DNA from: an archaeon
Lineage (GTDB): Archaea; Nanobdellota; Nanobdellia; Woesearchaeales; UBA9642
NCBI GenBank assembly: GCA_020057295.1
Contig: JAGVGF010000003.1
Span: 32,001 to 96,000 of the forward strand
Length of the DNA: 64,000 nucleotides
Direction of reading: 5' to 3'
Part shown: positions 9,762-19,069 of the stretch, piece by piece
Layout: every line of letters starts with the position of its first letter
How positions within the stretch are numbered: position 1 is the first letter of the stretch
Translations under genes and position numbers: made by a program
Notes under the pieces: generated by a model
Told to the model about the DNA's origin: nothing
Database searches by the model: none
What the model saw: the letters and a program-made list of their open reading frames with translations, nothing else

Positions 9762-9971
9762 ATGGCATTAGACACGGTAATTTTAGCAATAATTATAGGT
9801 ACATTAGCTGCAATAGTTTATAGTCTAAGGGTTCTTGTATTATTGGAGCGAAGAATAGCTCGTATGGACGAGAATATAGAGAAAATGACTCTACACTTGG
9901 CTAAAGAAGAACAGCAAGTATTGAATGAAGAATTTAAAATCGAAAAATCTCTTAAGAGAAGAAAGAGATAA
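9762..9971 (+). CDS. Small single-TM coiled-coil protein
   Basis: N-terminal TM (IIIGTLAAIVYSLRVLV) followed by coiled coil; GAGGTG SD. Confidence 0.7.
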   Translation: MALDTVILAIIIGTLAAIVYSLRVLVLLERRIARMDENIEKMTLHLAKEEQQVLNEEFKIEKSLKRRKR

Positions 9972-10014
9972 ATATTCATAACCTTTTTATTTTCATATTT
10001 TTCCTTCTATTATT

Positions 10015-10644
10015 ATGATTATTCACAAATCTTTCAAGCACGGATGGTTCTATCATTATCGTATACATGATCCCAAAACTCAAAAGTTGTGTTGTAATGG
10101 ATTATCGTCTATTAATGAATATTTACATCATGTTATAGATCATTGTCCTAATGAATATTTCGAGAAAGGTCCTAGAAGTAGTCAATTGCGTATGAAATTT
10201 GATGTGGGTATGAAACAGATTGATGGGCACGAAGTTTCTGAATTAGCGCGTAAAGGTCTAGAATTCTCTAAATTTAATACCGCTCATACTAATGTTCAAA
10301 TGTTTATGTTACAGAACGATAATAAAACTATCAGTATAGAAGTTCCAATATGGCTTTTAGAGAGTGAAATACCTCATTATCATGATTTATTATCCTCTAA
10401 AGATGCGTTAACAGGACATATTGATGCATTACGTATTGAAGATGGTAATGTTTGGGTGTGGGATTATAAACCTAATGCTGCTAAAGAAAAATATGCTGCT
10501 ACACAGATACAATTTTATGCAATAATGCTTAGTCAAAGAACAGGCATCCCTATTGATAAATTTAGATGTGGTTATTTTGATGCAGACACAGCATTTGTAT
10601 TTAAACCATTAAAATGTGACGTCTTAAAATCGAAACTTATATAA
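10015..10644 (+). CDS. PD-(D/E)XK nuclease family protein
   Basis: IEVPIW, TGHIDAL, VWDYKP, QIQFYA motifs. Confidence 0.8.
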   Translation: MIIHKSFKHGWFYHYRIHDPKTQKLCCNGLSSINEYLHHVIDHCPNEYFEKGPRSSQLRMKFDVGMKQIDGHEVSELARKGLEFSKFNTAHTNVQMFMLQNDNKTISIEVPIWLLESEIPHYHDLLSSKDALTGHIDALRIEDGNVWVWDYKPNAAKEKYAATQIQFYAIMLSQRTGIPIDKFRCGYFDADTAFVFKPLKCDVLKSKLI

Positions 10645-10702
10645 ATAACGTTATTATTTATGTAGTAGTTAAAACGATTTAATGCATAGCAGGTGATTTA
10701 AG

Positions 10703-10972
10703 ATGTTGAAGATGAAAAAAGTTTCTGAAACTTATGAGATGAGAGTTTTTACTGATACTGGCGACTATTTCGGTGACGTTGAAGAAGCAATCATACAGAA
10801 TACTAAGATTACAGGATGGAGAGTACGTGCGACAAAGAATTCATTCCTAAATAAAGTCTTAGGAAGTGCTAAAGGCGTAATTATTCCACACAACTTAGTA
10901 AAGAGTATTGGTGATATAATGATCATCAATAGACAAGCAATTCCAAACGCTCCAGAAGGAGACGCGGAATAA
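10703..10972 (+). CDS. PRC-barrel protein (CdpB-like)
   Basis: MRVFTDTGDYFGDVEE...IIPHNLVKSIGDIMII; AGGTGA SD. Confidence 0.85.
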   Translation: MLKMKKVSETYEMRVFTDTGDYFGDVEEAIIQNTKITGWRVRATKNSFLNKVLGSAKGVIIPHNLVKSIGDIMIINRQAIPNAPEGDAE

Positions 10973-11004
10973 ATTTTTATTTTTCTTCCTTATTTCTAAT
11001 AACA

Positions 11005-11310
11005 ATGGCTTCTATAAGAATTTCTGATGACGAAGAGTTAAAGATTGGTCAAGCTATAGATTTATTACAAGAACTATCTGTTTTAATAGAAGATAACTCA
11101 TTTGATAAAGCCAAAATATTATTTTCAGAAATAGATGGTTTATTAAAAGAATTAAACCCTTTGTTCAGTGTTAATCTGGATAAAAACTATTTGAATGCTT
11201 TCAAAGAATTTGTTCGAGATTTGGGCGAGAGCATAAATAATAAAATAAAATCCGAATCTAGACTCAATTGTGGTCTAGTAAAAGATGAATTATTAAAACT
11301 AGTCTCTTAA
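11005..11310 (+). CDS. Hypothetical protein
   Basis: 101-aa ORF co-oriented, 2 bp before next gene. Confidence 0.55.
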   Translation: MASIRISDDEELKIGQAIDLLQELSVLIEDNSFDKAKILFSEIDGLLKELNPLFSVNLDKNYLNAFKEFVRDLGESINNKIKSESRLNCGLVKDELLKLVS

Positions 11311-11312
11311 TC

Positions 11313-11963
11313 ATGATTATAAGAAAATATCGAAAATCAGATAGATCTCAAGTCGAGCATATTCAATTTGAAACATATTTTTTAGGAAAATCTGGAAGTC
11401 TTATCGCCACTAATCCTAAAAGATTCCATAAAGAGATAAGATATTATCTAGAAAAAGAACAGGAAAGTTGTTTTGTCGCTGTTAATAATGGAAAAGTTAT
11501 AGGATATCTTTTAGGATGTTTAGATGATGAGAATCATGAAGAGTCTATAAACGCATTCTTATTAAAAAGTATATTTCTGTTTTTTCAATTACCTTTTATG
11601 AATAGGAAAGACAGAACATTTTGGTTTGGAACTATCAAAATGATATTTGGCGCAATTCTGGGGAAATCCGAAGAGAAAAATTTTATTCCGCCTAAAAATT
11701 CAGGTCACATCCATATAAATTTATTACCCGAAGCTAGAGGTAAAAGTACCGGAACAAAACTTTTAAAAGCATTCCTCGAGTATGCAAAATCCAAAAATGT
11801 TAAGTTAATTCATGCTGACTCATTTCAAACAAGAGTCAATCCTAACAAGAATTTTTGGATAAAGAACGGATTCAAAGAATACATCAAGGTCAAAACATCC
11901 ATGTGGAAAACGTATTATCCCAAAGAAGACATAAGGCTTGTTTGCTATGTGAAAAAATTATGA
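11313..11963 (+). CDS. GNAT N-acetyltransferase
   Basis: GKVIGYLLG, HIHINLLPEARGKSTGTKL, NFWIKNGF. Confidence 0.85.
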   Translation: MIIRKYRKSDRSQVEHIQFETYFLGKSGSLIATNPKRFHKEIRYYLEKEQESCFVAVNNGKVIGYLLGCLDDENHEESINAFLLKSIFLFFQLPFMNRKDRTFWFGTIKMIFGAILGKSEEKNFIPPKNSGHIHINLLPEARGKSTGTKLLKAFLEYAKSKNVKLIHADSFQTRVNPNKNFWIKNGFKEYIKVKTSMWKTYYPKEDIRLVCYVKKL

Positions 11964-12006
11964 TTTTTTTCGTTAACTTTTTAATTATAGTATCTTAAAA
12001 TATATT

Positions 12007-12690
12007 ATGTCTTCAAGCCTGCCATGCAACATTCCGTACGTTTTAAGTTTAGTTTCTAAAAATGTCTTTGCAAAGTCAGATTTTAAGAAATTAAATATTA
12101 AGGATGTGATGGACGGAAAGCCACTTCCTCTCCCTAAATTTTCTATTCTTGATGTAGGTTTTGGATTTGGTAAATGGGGATTTCTTATACGAGACACATT
12201 TGATGTAATGATTGGTCAAAATTTCAAAAAAGCGGATTGGAAAATACAAATTACAGGAATAGAACCATTTAATAAATGTATAACCCCTATACAAAAAGAA
12301 GTTTATAACAAAATAATCAAGAAAGATGTTTTTGAGGTAATAGATAAACTTGGGAAATATGATTTAATCATGTTTGGCGACGTAATAGAACATTTCGAGA
12401 AGGATAAAGCGTACAAATTATTAGATAAATTATTACAGCATTCTAATAATATTATTATATCTACGCCGTTAGGATTTATGCCTCAAGGCGCATGGGCCGG
12501 AAATGAACGAGAGATACACAGGTCGGGATGGGTTCCAGAAGACTTCAAAAAATATCATGTTGTAGAATGTAAGATAATAGAAGATGATTTGTTCTCAGAT
12601 ATAATGAAAAAAGATATAATAAAAAGTATTCCTGATTTACCTAAGGATGCGATTAGTGCAAAATTGCTTGTGTTATGGATAAAGAAATAA
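12007..12690 (+). CDS. Class I SAM-dependent methyltransferase
   Basis: ILDVGFGFG, GIEPF, YDLIMFGDVIEH, ISTP. Confidence 0.8.
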   Translation: MSSSLPCNIPYVLSLVSKNVFAKSDFKKLNIKDVMDGKPLPLPKFSILDVGFGFGKWGFLIRDTFDVMIGQNFKKADWKIQITGIEPFNKCITPIQKEVYNKIIKKDVFEVIDKLGKYDLIMFGDVIEHFEKDKAYKLLDKLLQHSNNIIISTPLGFMPQGAWAGNEREIHRSGWVPEDFKKYHVVECKIIEDDLFSDIMKKDIIKSIPDLPKDAISAKLLVLWIKK

Positions 12691-13185
12691 TTAATTCTCT
12701 TCGCTTTCGTCTTCTTCTGAATTTGTGCCTTCCTCGAACATCGATGTCTTCTTTTTTCCTGCCTTTATTTCCGCAACCTTTCCATTTGCTGTATCAAACA
12801 TTGTTCGAAGACCAGATTCTATGCTTTCCGGATCCGCTATCATAGAATGTGTGTGAGGATTTATTACCCATTTATCGTTTATCTTTAAGTTTACGAATAC
12901 AAAACTTAGATTTTTTATTTCGGATAATTTTTTCCAGTTTTTTATTAAGAATTTAAAATTTAGTTCATCGTTCAGGCAAACTATAACTTTATACTCGTTA
13001 CCTTTTATTCTTTCAAACAGTTCATCTTTTAGTTGCTCTAGAATATGATGCGTTATTACTTTATCTTTGAATTGGAAGTCTATGTACTCTTTGCTAAGAT
13101 GCTCATCCCATTTTACTAATTTTCTGAACGTTAAATCTCTATTCTTTACGTAATTTATTGTCCAATCCTTTAATTCTTTATTCAT
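12691..13185 (-). CDS. Hypothetical protein
   Basis: 164-aa ORF with KWVINPHTH motif and acidic tail. Confidence 0.65.
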   Translation of the reverse strand: MNKELKDWTINYVKNRDLTFRKLVKWDEHLSKEYIDFQFKDKVITHHILEQLKDELFERIKGNEYKVIVCLNDELNFKFLIKNWKKLSEIKNLSFVFVNLKINDKWVINPHTHSMIADPESIESGLRTMFDTANGKVAEIKAGKKKTSMFEEGTNSEEDESEEN

Positions 13186-13211
13186 GTCTATATATCTTTT
13201 ATAACTTATTT

Positions 13212-13715
13212 TTAAATTTCTCGATTCTTACGAACTTGATATACTATGTGTGGTATTAAAAACACTGCTGCGTAGATACTTGCTATAACATATATGTTAT
13301 GTGTTAGTGTCAATCCAGATTTAGTTCCGAACTGTCCTGAAAAATATATTATAAAATAGAAATTTATCAAACTTGCAACTATAAAACCTATGAATAAGTC
13401 TAATTCTCTTCTCGGATGAGTTTTCTCCACATCATATATAGCTATAGTAAATAATATGCTAAATACGAATGCTATTAAAGATACTATGACAATCACAAAT
13501 GATGAATGCATTGCATATATGAACGGAATAATTACTGCCGAACATACAAACACATTAACTAACAATAATCCTGCTAATAATGCAATGAGTATTTTATCTA
13601 TAGTTTTGCTTCTAGAATGCTTATGTTCTTCGGCGTGTGCAATAACTCTTGACGCATGATCTATCTCTGAAGCTTTCCAACCTTTAGATAGAAGATCCAA
13701 CTTATTAATATTCAT
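13212..13715 (-). CDS. Membrane protein (4 TM)
   Basis: LLSKGW N-terminal motif followed by four hydrophobic segments. Confidence 0.65.
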   Translation of the reverse strand: MNINKLDLLSKGWKASEIDHASRVIAHAEEHKHSRSKTIDKILIALLAGLLLVNVFVCSAVIIPFIYAMHSSFVIVIVSLIAFVFSILFTIAIYDVEKTHPRRELDLFIGFIVASLINFYFIIYFSGQFGTKSGLTLTHNIYVIASIYAAVFLIPHIVYQVRKNREI

Positions 13716-13771
13716 ATACCCTCTTTTTAGAATACGAGATTGGTTATTATTTAAATTTTGTTGTTATGGTG

Positions 13772-14914
13772 CTATAGATCCATCTCGTTAGTTTTCTCGT
13801 CAACAAATATTTTCTTTTGTTTTGCCAGTCGTTCTCTCTTTCTTTCAGCGATTTTACTGACTTCTTCTTTGGTTATTCTTCCGCTTAAACCAACTTGTGG
13901 TGTTTGTTTTAAGAAATCGTATTTATCATAATCCTTATTAGAATTTACTAGTTCATGCCATTTGTCGAAATCAATCCATGTAAACCATTTATCATTTTTC
14001 TTGAATGTTTTTTTTGCACACATTACTACTCTTGACGGTACATGTTCAGTAACAATCTCATAATCGGATAAATATTTCATTAATTCTTTACTAAATTCTA
14101 CTATTTCCTCATGCCAAGGCATATGATCTATTGTTAGTCTTTCCCTAGATGGTCCGACATGCATGTATGATTTTATTTCGATAAAATCAGGATTGCCTTT
14201 CATTATAAGTTTAGCATATTCTTCGATGTTTGCATCGTTTAATCCTTTAACTATTGTTAATCTTATACATGTGCGATCTTTTTTTTGAGCGCAATATTCT
14301 AAACTTTTATTTAATCTCTCCCAATAGTCGGGAAATAAAGGTACATCTATCTTTTTTAATAAATCTTTAGTTGGTGCATCAACGCTCAAGTATAGTTGTG
14401 TCACACGATTTAAATCTCTTATTTGATCAGGATATTGAGAATTAGTCACAAGAAATGTGCTTATGCCTTCTTTGTTAAACCGTAATAATAACTCGTTCAT
14501 TCTAGGATATGTTATAGGTTCTCCTGTCAAACTTAAAGCCACATGTTTTACTGTTTTAGACATTTCAAACATATGTTTTGCTTCTGGCTGTCCCCCAAAT
14601 CCTGCTAATAATTTATGATGTGCTTCTATACTTCCATCAAATATTAATTCAGGATCATCAACACCCCACTTCCATTCCTTAGAAACGGGTGCTTTATACC
14701 CTCTCCAACAGAATACGCAACGATTAGCACAAGATATTGATGTGGTCATCTGCATACACTGATTGCTCATTATTCCATAGAATTTGAGTTTATAACATCC
14801 GCCCTTGCCCTTAATCATGTTCTTCGTCCAACCACATGTCTTTACGGCACTATGTTCACCAACAATTCTATACTGTTGTCTTATTAGTTCATCCTTAGCA
14901 GTTTGTGTAAGCAT
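13772..14914 (-). CDS. taw1: 4-demethylwyosine synthase (radical SAM, Taw1/TYW1)
   Basis: HSAVKTCGWT, CYKLKFYGI, CANRCVFCWR, ALSLTGEP, STFLVTN. Confidence 0.93.
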   Translation of the reverse strand: MLTQTAKDELIRQQYRIVGEHSAVKTCGWTKNMIKGKGGCYKLKFYGIMSNQCMQMTTSISCANRCVFCWRGYKAPVSKEWKWGVDDPELIFDGSIEAHHKLLAGFGGQPEAKHMFEMSKTVKHVALSLTGEPITYPRMNELLLRFNKEGISTFLVTNSQYPDQIRDLNRVTQLYLSVDAPTKDLLKKIDVPLFPDYWERLNKSLEYCAQKKDRTCIRLTIVKGLNDANIEEYAKLIMKGNPDFIEIKSYMHVGPSRERLTIDHMPWHEEIVEFSKELMKYLSDYEIVTEHVPSRVVMCAKKTFKKNDKWFTWIDFDKWHELVNSNKDYDKYDFLKQTPQVGLSGRITKEEVSKIAERKRERLAKQKKIFVDEKTNEMDL

Positions 14915-14945
14915 GATTAGAAGAAAAATATCTATATTAAAAAGA

Positions 14946-16187
14946 TTATTGCTTATTTGTCTTTGTAGAATCTAATTTGACTTTTGTAAAATCTTCTAGT
15001 GATGTTTTCGGAACCCATCTATAAATTCCTTCACTGCTAGATGCCGGTTCATATCTTAAGTATGTCCATCCAACATCTCTATAAAATTTTTTTAAATATT
15101 TTTCAGTTTGTAATAATCCTGCTAATTTATTTACTGTTTCTATGGTTGGAGAATATTTTATAGTGTCTAATTCCTCCCGCAATCCCTTTAATCTCTTAAA
15201 GAATCTATGATATTCCGTAGTATCAGGGTATGATGGGAGTCTGGTTAGTGTTTCGGAAGTTCTTGAATACGCTCTTAATATGTTTAAAGCCTGTTCAGGC
15301 AGAATCTCTATATTTTCTGTCTCTTGCTTTATCCTTCCTATTGCTTTTTCAAAGGATTCTTCTCCATGTCTGTTTGAAAGTGCCAGATTTTCTTGTGATT
15401 CTAATTGAATAGCGTAAACTACATTTAATATTTCGTACGCTTCATCTATGGTTTTATTTTTTTCGGACAGATTATTTACAAAAAGTGTTCCCAAAACAGA
15501 ACCTGTAATTAAAGTGCCGGCTGTTAACGCTGTTAAGGTTTTTCTGTGTCTTTCTTTCCAATTTTCCCACATTCTCTTTCGTAAACTTTTTGTTTTTACA
15601 CTCTTTTTTGGAGCTAATTTTGCGGTTTCTTTATCAGAAATTGTTTTAAGGATGTCTCTGGCCATTCCTAAGTAGGCTTCTGCTTGAGAGTTTATCCATT
15701 CCGATTCGCTTCCTTCTATTGCTTTTTGTGATCCATTAATAATATAGTGCCCTTGACCATGTCCTTTCATATTTCTTATTTGAACCAAGGGACTGGTTGG
15801 TAAATAATTGTGTGCTCTTCTGTGTCTTTCAAATACTGTTTCACCTGTGTCTAGTTTTGGTGCTTCTCGCGTATTTTTTTCTATATCTTTTAAATTTCCT
15901 TTATATGTTCCGTACAAAACTTGTAAAAAAATGTTTAAATTATCTGCAAGATTTTTAGCATCTAATGCAAATTCGGCGATATATCTGCTTCTTTCAAAAT
16001 CTTCATATGATTTGTTGAAGGCAGTATATTTTTGCATTAACGTTTTAGAATCGCTTTTTATTCCGGATAATGACCTAAGAAAATCTATGTTTGTTAAATA
16101 TGTTTGAGAATTTTTGTTAGCTTTAACTCTTTGTTCTATTTCATCTGTTAGCACTTCTATTTCAGCTAATTTTCTTTCTAAGCTCAT
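14946..16187 (-). CDS. Hypothetical protein with central TM helix
   Basis: 413-aa ORF, one hydrophobic segment (LTALTAGTLITGSVLGTLFV). Confidence 0.65.
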   Translation of the reverse strand: MSLERKLAEIEVLTDEIEQRVKANKNSQTYLTNIDFLRSLSGIKSDSKTLMQKYTAFNKSYEDFERSRYIAEFALDAKNLADNLNIFLQVLYGTYKGNLKDIEKNTREAPKLDTGETVFERHRRAHNYLPTSPLVQIRNMKGHGQGHYIINGSQKAIEGSESEWINSQAEAYLGMARDILKTISDKETAKLAPKKSVKTKSLRKRMWENWKERHRKTLTALTAGTLITGSVLGTLFVNNLSEKNKTIDEAYEILNVVYAIQLESQENLALSNRHGEESFEKAIGRIKQETENIEILPEQALNILRAYSRTSETLTRLPSYPDTTEYHRFFKRLKGLREELDTIKYSPTIETVNKLAGLLQTEKYLKKFYRDVGWTYLRYEPASSSEGIYRWVPKTSLEDFTKVKLDSTKTNKQ

Positions 16188-16247
16188 TCTATGGTGTTCT
16201 AGTTATAATTTATAAAGTTGATTATTTTAATCACTGTTTAGTAGCAC

Positions 16248-16281
16248 TATTTTTGTTTTAATCTTATTTTTGTTTTAATCT
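16248..16281. repeat. Tandem 17-bp direct repeat within T-tract region
   Basis: TATTTTTGTTTTAATCT twice in tandem. Confidence 0.6.
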
Positions 16282-16523
16282 TGATTATTTTTTCTTTTTT
16301 TACATTTTTTTACGTTCTCGTCGACAATTTTTTTTATTCTCGTCTATTTTTTTTTATCTTTTTTTTAATGTTTCTGTCTTTTTTTGCTTAAAAGTTATGC
16401 TCACTTGAGCACAAAACGGAACATTTAAATATAAGCCCCACCACTAAAATAACTATTGGTATACAAAAGCGTATACCTAGATACATCCAATTAACTGTTT
16501 ACATCCAATAATCCATAACGAAA

Positions 16524-17342
16524 ATGAACGGCTCCGCAGTATTTGATAGGCTTAATATTACTTACATAGTAGGAATATGGCTCCTCGGCGTGCTCATTTT
16601 CGGTTCACTGTATTTCGGCTTAACATTCACAAATCAACCCCTAATGTACAAAAACGGACCATTAACGAGTGATGTTATTGGTTTAGGAAACAGCCTATAT
16701 TTCAGTTTTATAACTGCATTAACAATAGGATACAACGATATAACACCAGTAGGCTTTGGAAAATTAGCTGTGATATTAGAAGCAATATTTAGTGTAGCCT
16801 TACTAGGATTGTTCGTAGCAAAAATAGTTGCAGTAAAACAAGAAGAACTGTCACAAGAAGTAGAAGAGCTAAGTTTCGAAGAATCAACTAATAGCGCAAT
16901 TTCAGAATTATATATTTTCAGAAATGACGTTAAAAATATTCAAGACAAAATAGTCACAACAAAGAAATTAAGTAACGAAGTAAAAACTTTCGAGCAAACA
17001 TTACCAAACATGCGTTTAGCATTAGAAACTTTAGAACACGCAACAGATAAATTATCAAGCGAACAAAAACAAAATAGTTCATTAAGAGTAGAGCTGATCA
17101 TTAACAGCATAAACTTTTCACTCTCAAGAATGATTGAAATGTTAGAGGCATTCAATCACAAAAAAGCGGATTGGAAAAAAGAGTCTACAACAGCAACAAT
17201 CACCGAATGCGCGAGGATTACACAGAAACTATACGACCAGTACAGTTTACTAAGATCCAATGAGCACTCAGGAACGAAAGTAGCAGAGAAGTTGGACGAC
17301 TTGAATAAGACTTTAGCAACACTGAATGAATCACTAAAATAA
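16524..17342 (+). CDS. Two-TM potassium channel family protein (Ion_trans_2) with C-terminal helical domain
   Basis: TM1, pore helix SLYFSFITALTIGYNDITPVG, TM2; filter reads GYN instead of GYG. Confidence 0.85.
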   Translation: MNGSAVFDRLNITYIVGIWLLGVLIFGSLYFGLTFTNQPLMYKNGPLTSDVIGLGNSLYFSFITALTIGYNDITPVGFGKLAVILEAIFSVALLGLFVAKIVAVKQEELSQEVEELSFEESTNSAISELYIFRNDVKNIQDKIVTTKKLSNEVKTFEQTLPNMRLALETLEHATDKLSSEQKQNSSLRVELIINSINFSLSRMIEMLEAFNHKKADWKKESTTATITECARITQKLYDQYSLLRSNEHSGTKVAEKLDDLNKTLATLNESLK

Positions 17343-18205
17343 GCGATCGAATGTGCTTTGAACTGATTCAACCCTTCAAAATCCAAGTTTTTGGATAACA
17401 ACAGAAGGATATGAAAATACGGTACTGAAAAATTCATGTTGTATAAAGCAAAACTTTGGTTTTATTCCCGAAACGTTTTGAGTGCGAGTTTGACTCTGCA
17501 TTCAATCAGACTTGTATTTTCAAAAATATGTTTAGAAATCGAAAAAATCATGCTGAAGTCAAGTCACTTCGTTTGTGACTTCACCGTTCACATAGTTCAC
17601 GCTGAAGTATTCACGCAATCCTTGACCTCCTGGAGTTAATCTAGGAGGGCCCATTCCATTCAACAAATGTAGTAACAAGAAAACAAGTAATAACTAATAG
17701 AAACAACAAGTAACAACAAAAACGACGAAGAGCGCCGGGAAAAAGAGATAAAAGACAAAGAACATAAAAACCAAGAGAATATTGGTACCGTAACAGATAG
17801 TAAGAATAAAGAAATTTATTCCTAAACACCTAAATAATGCCTAGCTAAAAGGTGTCGAAAAATTGAGGTATAAACCATAATCAAGTCCGCGCAATAGCAC
17901 ATAAGGACTTGATGAAGTTAGCCAGTGAAAAAATATTCACAGAGGAAAACATCTAACAGTGTTTTTCAAAGACAAAACTAGAATAAAGTTTTCAAAACCA
18001 CAACGGCAAAAAAGAAGATTGGGAACTGAGATTGGCGTACAGTCACACAAACACACAACAACGATTGTAACAATCACAAAACCGTCGAGCCACAGAAACA
18101 ATAGAAAACCATAAAACTAGTCGAATATAAGTAACCAGTGAGACAATAATGGTCGAAAAAATCAACTATCGGCACCGCAAGTTAGTCAAATCATCTCCAA
18201 TTATG
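17343..18205 (+). ncRNA. Candidate large structured non-coding RNA / very long structured 3' region
   Basis: About 860 bp with no credible ORF, more than 10 stem-loops, G-U pairs only in + orientation, A-rich U-poor linkers. Confidence 0.45.
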
Positions 18206-18208
18206 TTC

Positions 18209-19069
18209 TTATTCTTTAAATTTAGATAGAATTTCTTCCCTCAATTTGTCAGCTATGGTTTTATTCTTCATCACCATTACTTTGATCTTTGTTTTAAATC
18301 TAAGTATGTCTGCAATTTTTATAAGATCTAATGTTTCTAAGTCTTTTGTACTTTGATAGAATTCTTCTAGTCTTGAGTATATCTCTTCTGGATAGTCATA
18401 TTGAATTATGTATTCTCCGAATACGTTTAAAGCAGTTTTTATTTCAGTCGAATCAGGATTTATCTGATATCTTCCATATTTTCCATAAAATTTCTTTTCC
18501 CACTTATCTAAAACCGTATTTCCGTTGGTTAAATTGTATATTTTTATCTTGTGTAAAAAAACATCTTCCAAAACTGCTTGTTCCATGCCTAGGTGTGCAA
18601 AAACATACCATAAATGTGGTCCATTGAAGAAAAATCTATTATCATCACTCTCTTTCATATTGTATACTAAATCAAAGATTACTTCATTTACAAATTGATC
18701 TGCTAGAATAAGTGTTTCAAATTCGTATGTTGATATTGCTTCCTTTGTTTGTGTAGGTAGACTTTTTCCTCGTTTGTCTCCAGCAAAATAATTTCTCATT
18801 ATTTGATCTGATATTCTTTTTAATTCTAAACTATAATTTTTATCAATGGAGTATGATTTATCTTTTAACGATAGAATTTTTCTTTCAACCATTGCATTAA
18901 GGCTTTTTCTGATTGCTTGAAAACTTAATTCAACATGAAATTCATTTTTTAGTCTATGACATATTTCTCCAATTTTTAACGGATATTCTTTTGCTAGAAC
19001 TAAAAGTATTACATCATGTAGTTGTTTTTTATACTCTCCATATCTAGAATCAATAACTTCTAAAGCCAT
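18209..19069 (-). CDS. Putative winged-helix transcriptional regulator
   Basis: N-terminal wHTH pattern (PLKIGEICHRL...LSFQAIRKSLNAMVERKIL..KDKSYSI) plus C-terminal effector-like domain. Confidence 0.65.
   Translation of the reverse strand: MALEVIDSRYGEYKKQLHDVILLVLAKEYPLKIGEICHRLKNEFHVELSFQAIRKSLNAMVERKILSLKDKSYSIDKNYSLELKRISDQIMRNYFAGDKRGKSLPTQTKEAISTYEFETLILADQFVNEVIFDLVYNMKESDDNRFFFNGPHLWYVFAHLGMEQAVLEDVFLHKIKIYNLTNGNTVLDKWEKKFYGKYGRYQINPDSTEIKTALNVFGEYIIQYDYPEEIYSRLEEFYQSTKDLETLDLIKIADILRFKTKIKVMVMKNKTIADKLREEILSKFKE

Noticed and set aside
16190-16440. Canonical archaeal oriC
   Set aside because: No ORB (TCCA-x-TGGAAA plus G-string) and no orc1/cdc6; kept only as a weak non-canonical candidate
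17660-17730. DGR template region (AAC-rich)
   Set aside because: No matching variable repeat or reverse transcriptase seen in the window, and the AAC triplets are not in one open frame; a genome-wide BLASTN for adenine-only mismatches would settle it
17436-17829. ORFs 17436-17639 (+) and 17641-17829 (-) as genes
   Set aside because: No SD or TATA support, atypical composition, and they coincide with hairpins; likely by-products of strand bias
17930-18110. RNase P RNA
   Set aside because: GAGGAAAAC and GCCACAGAAAC resemble CR-I and CR-II, but no P4-completing CR-V follows and GC content is low
17478-18200. Group II intron (GTGCG at 17482)
   Set aside because: No recognisable domain V/VI and no interrupted gene
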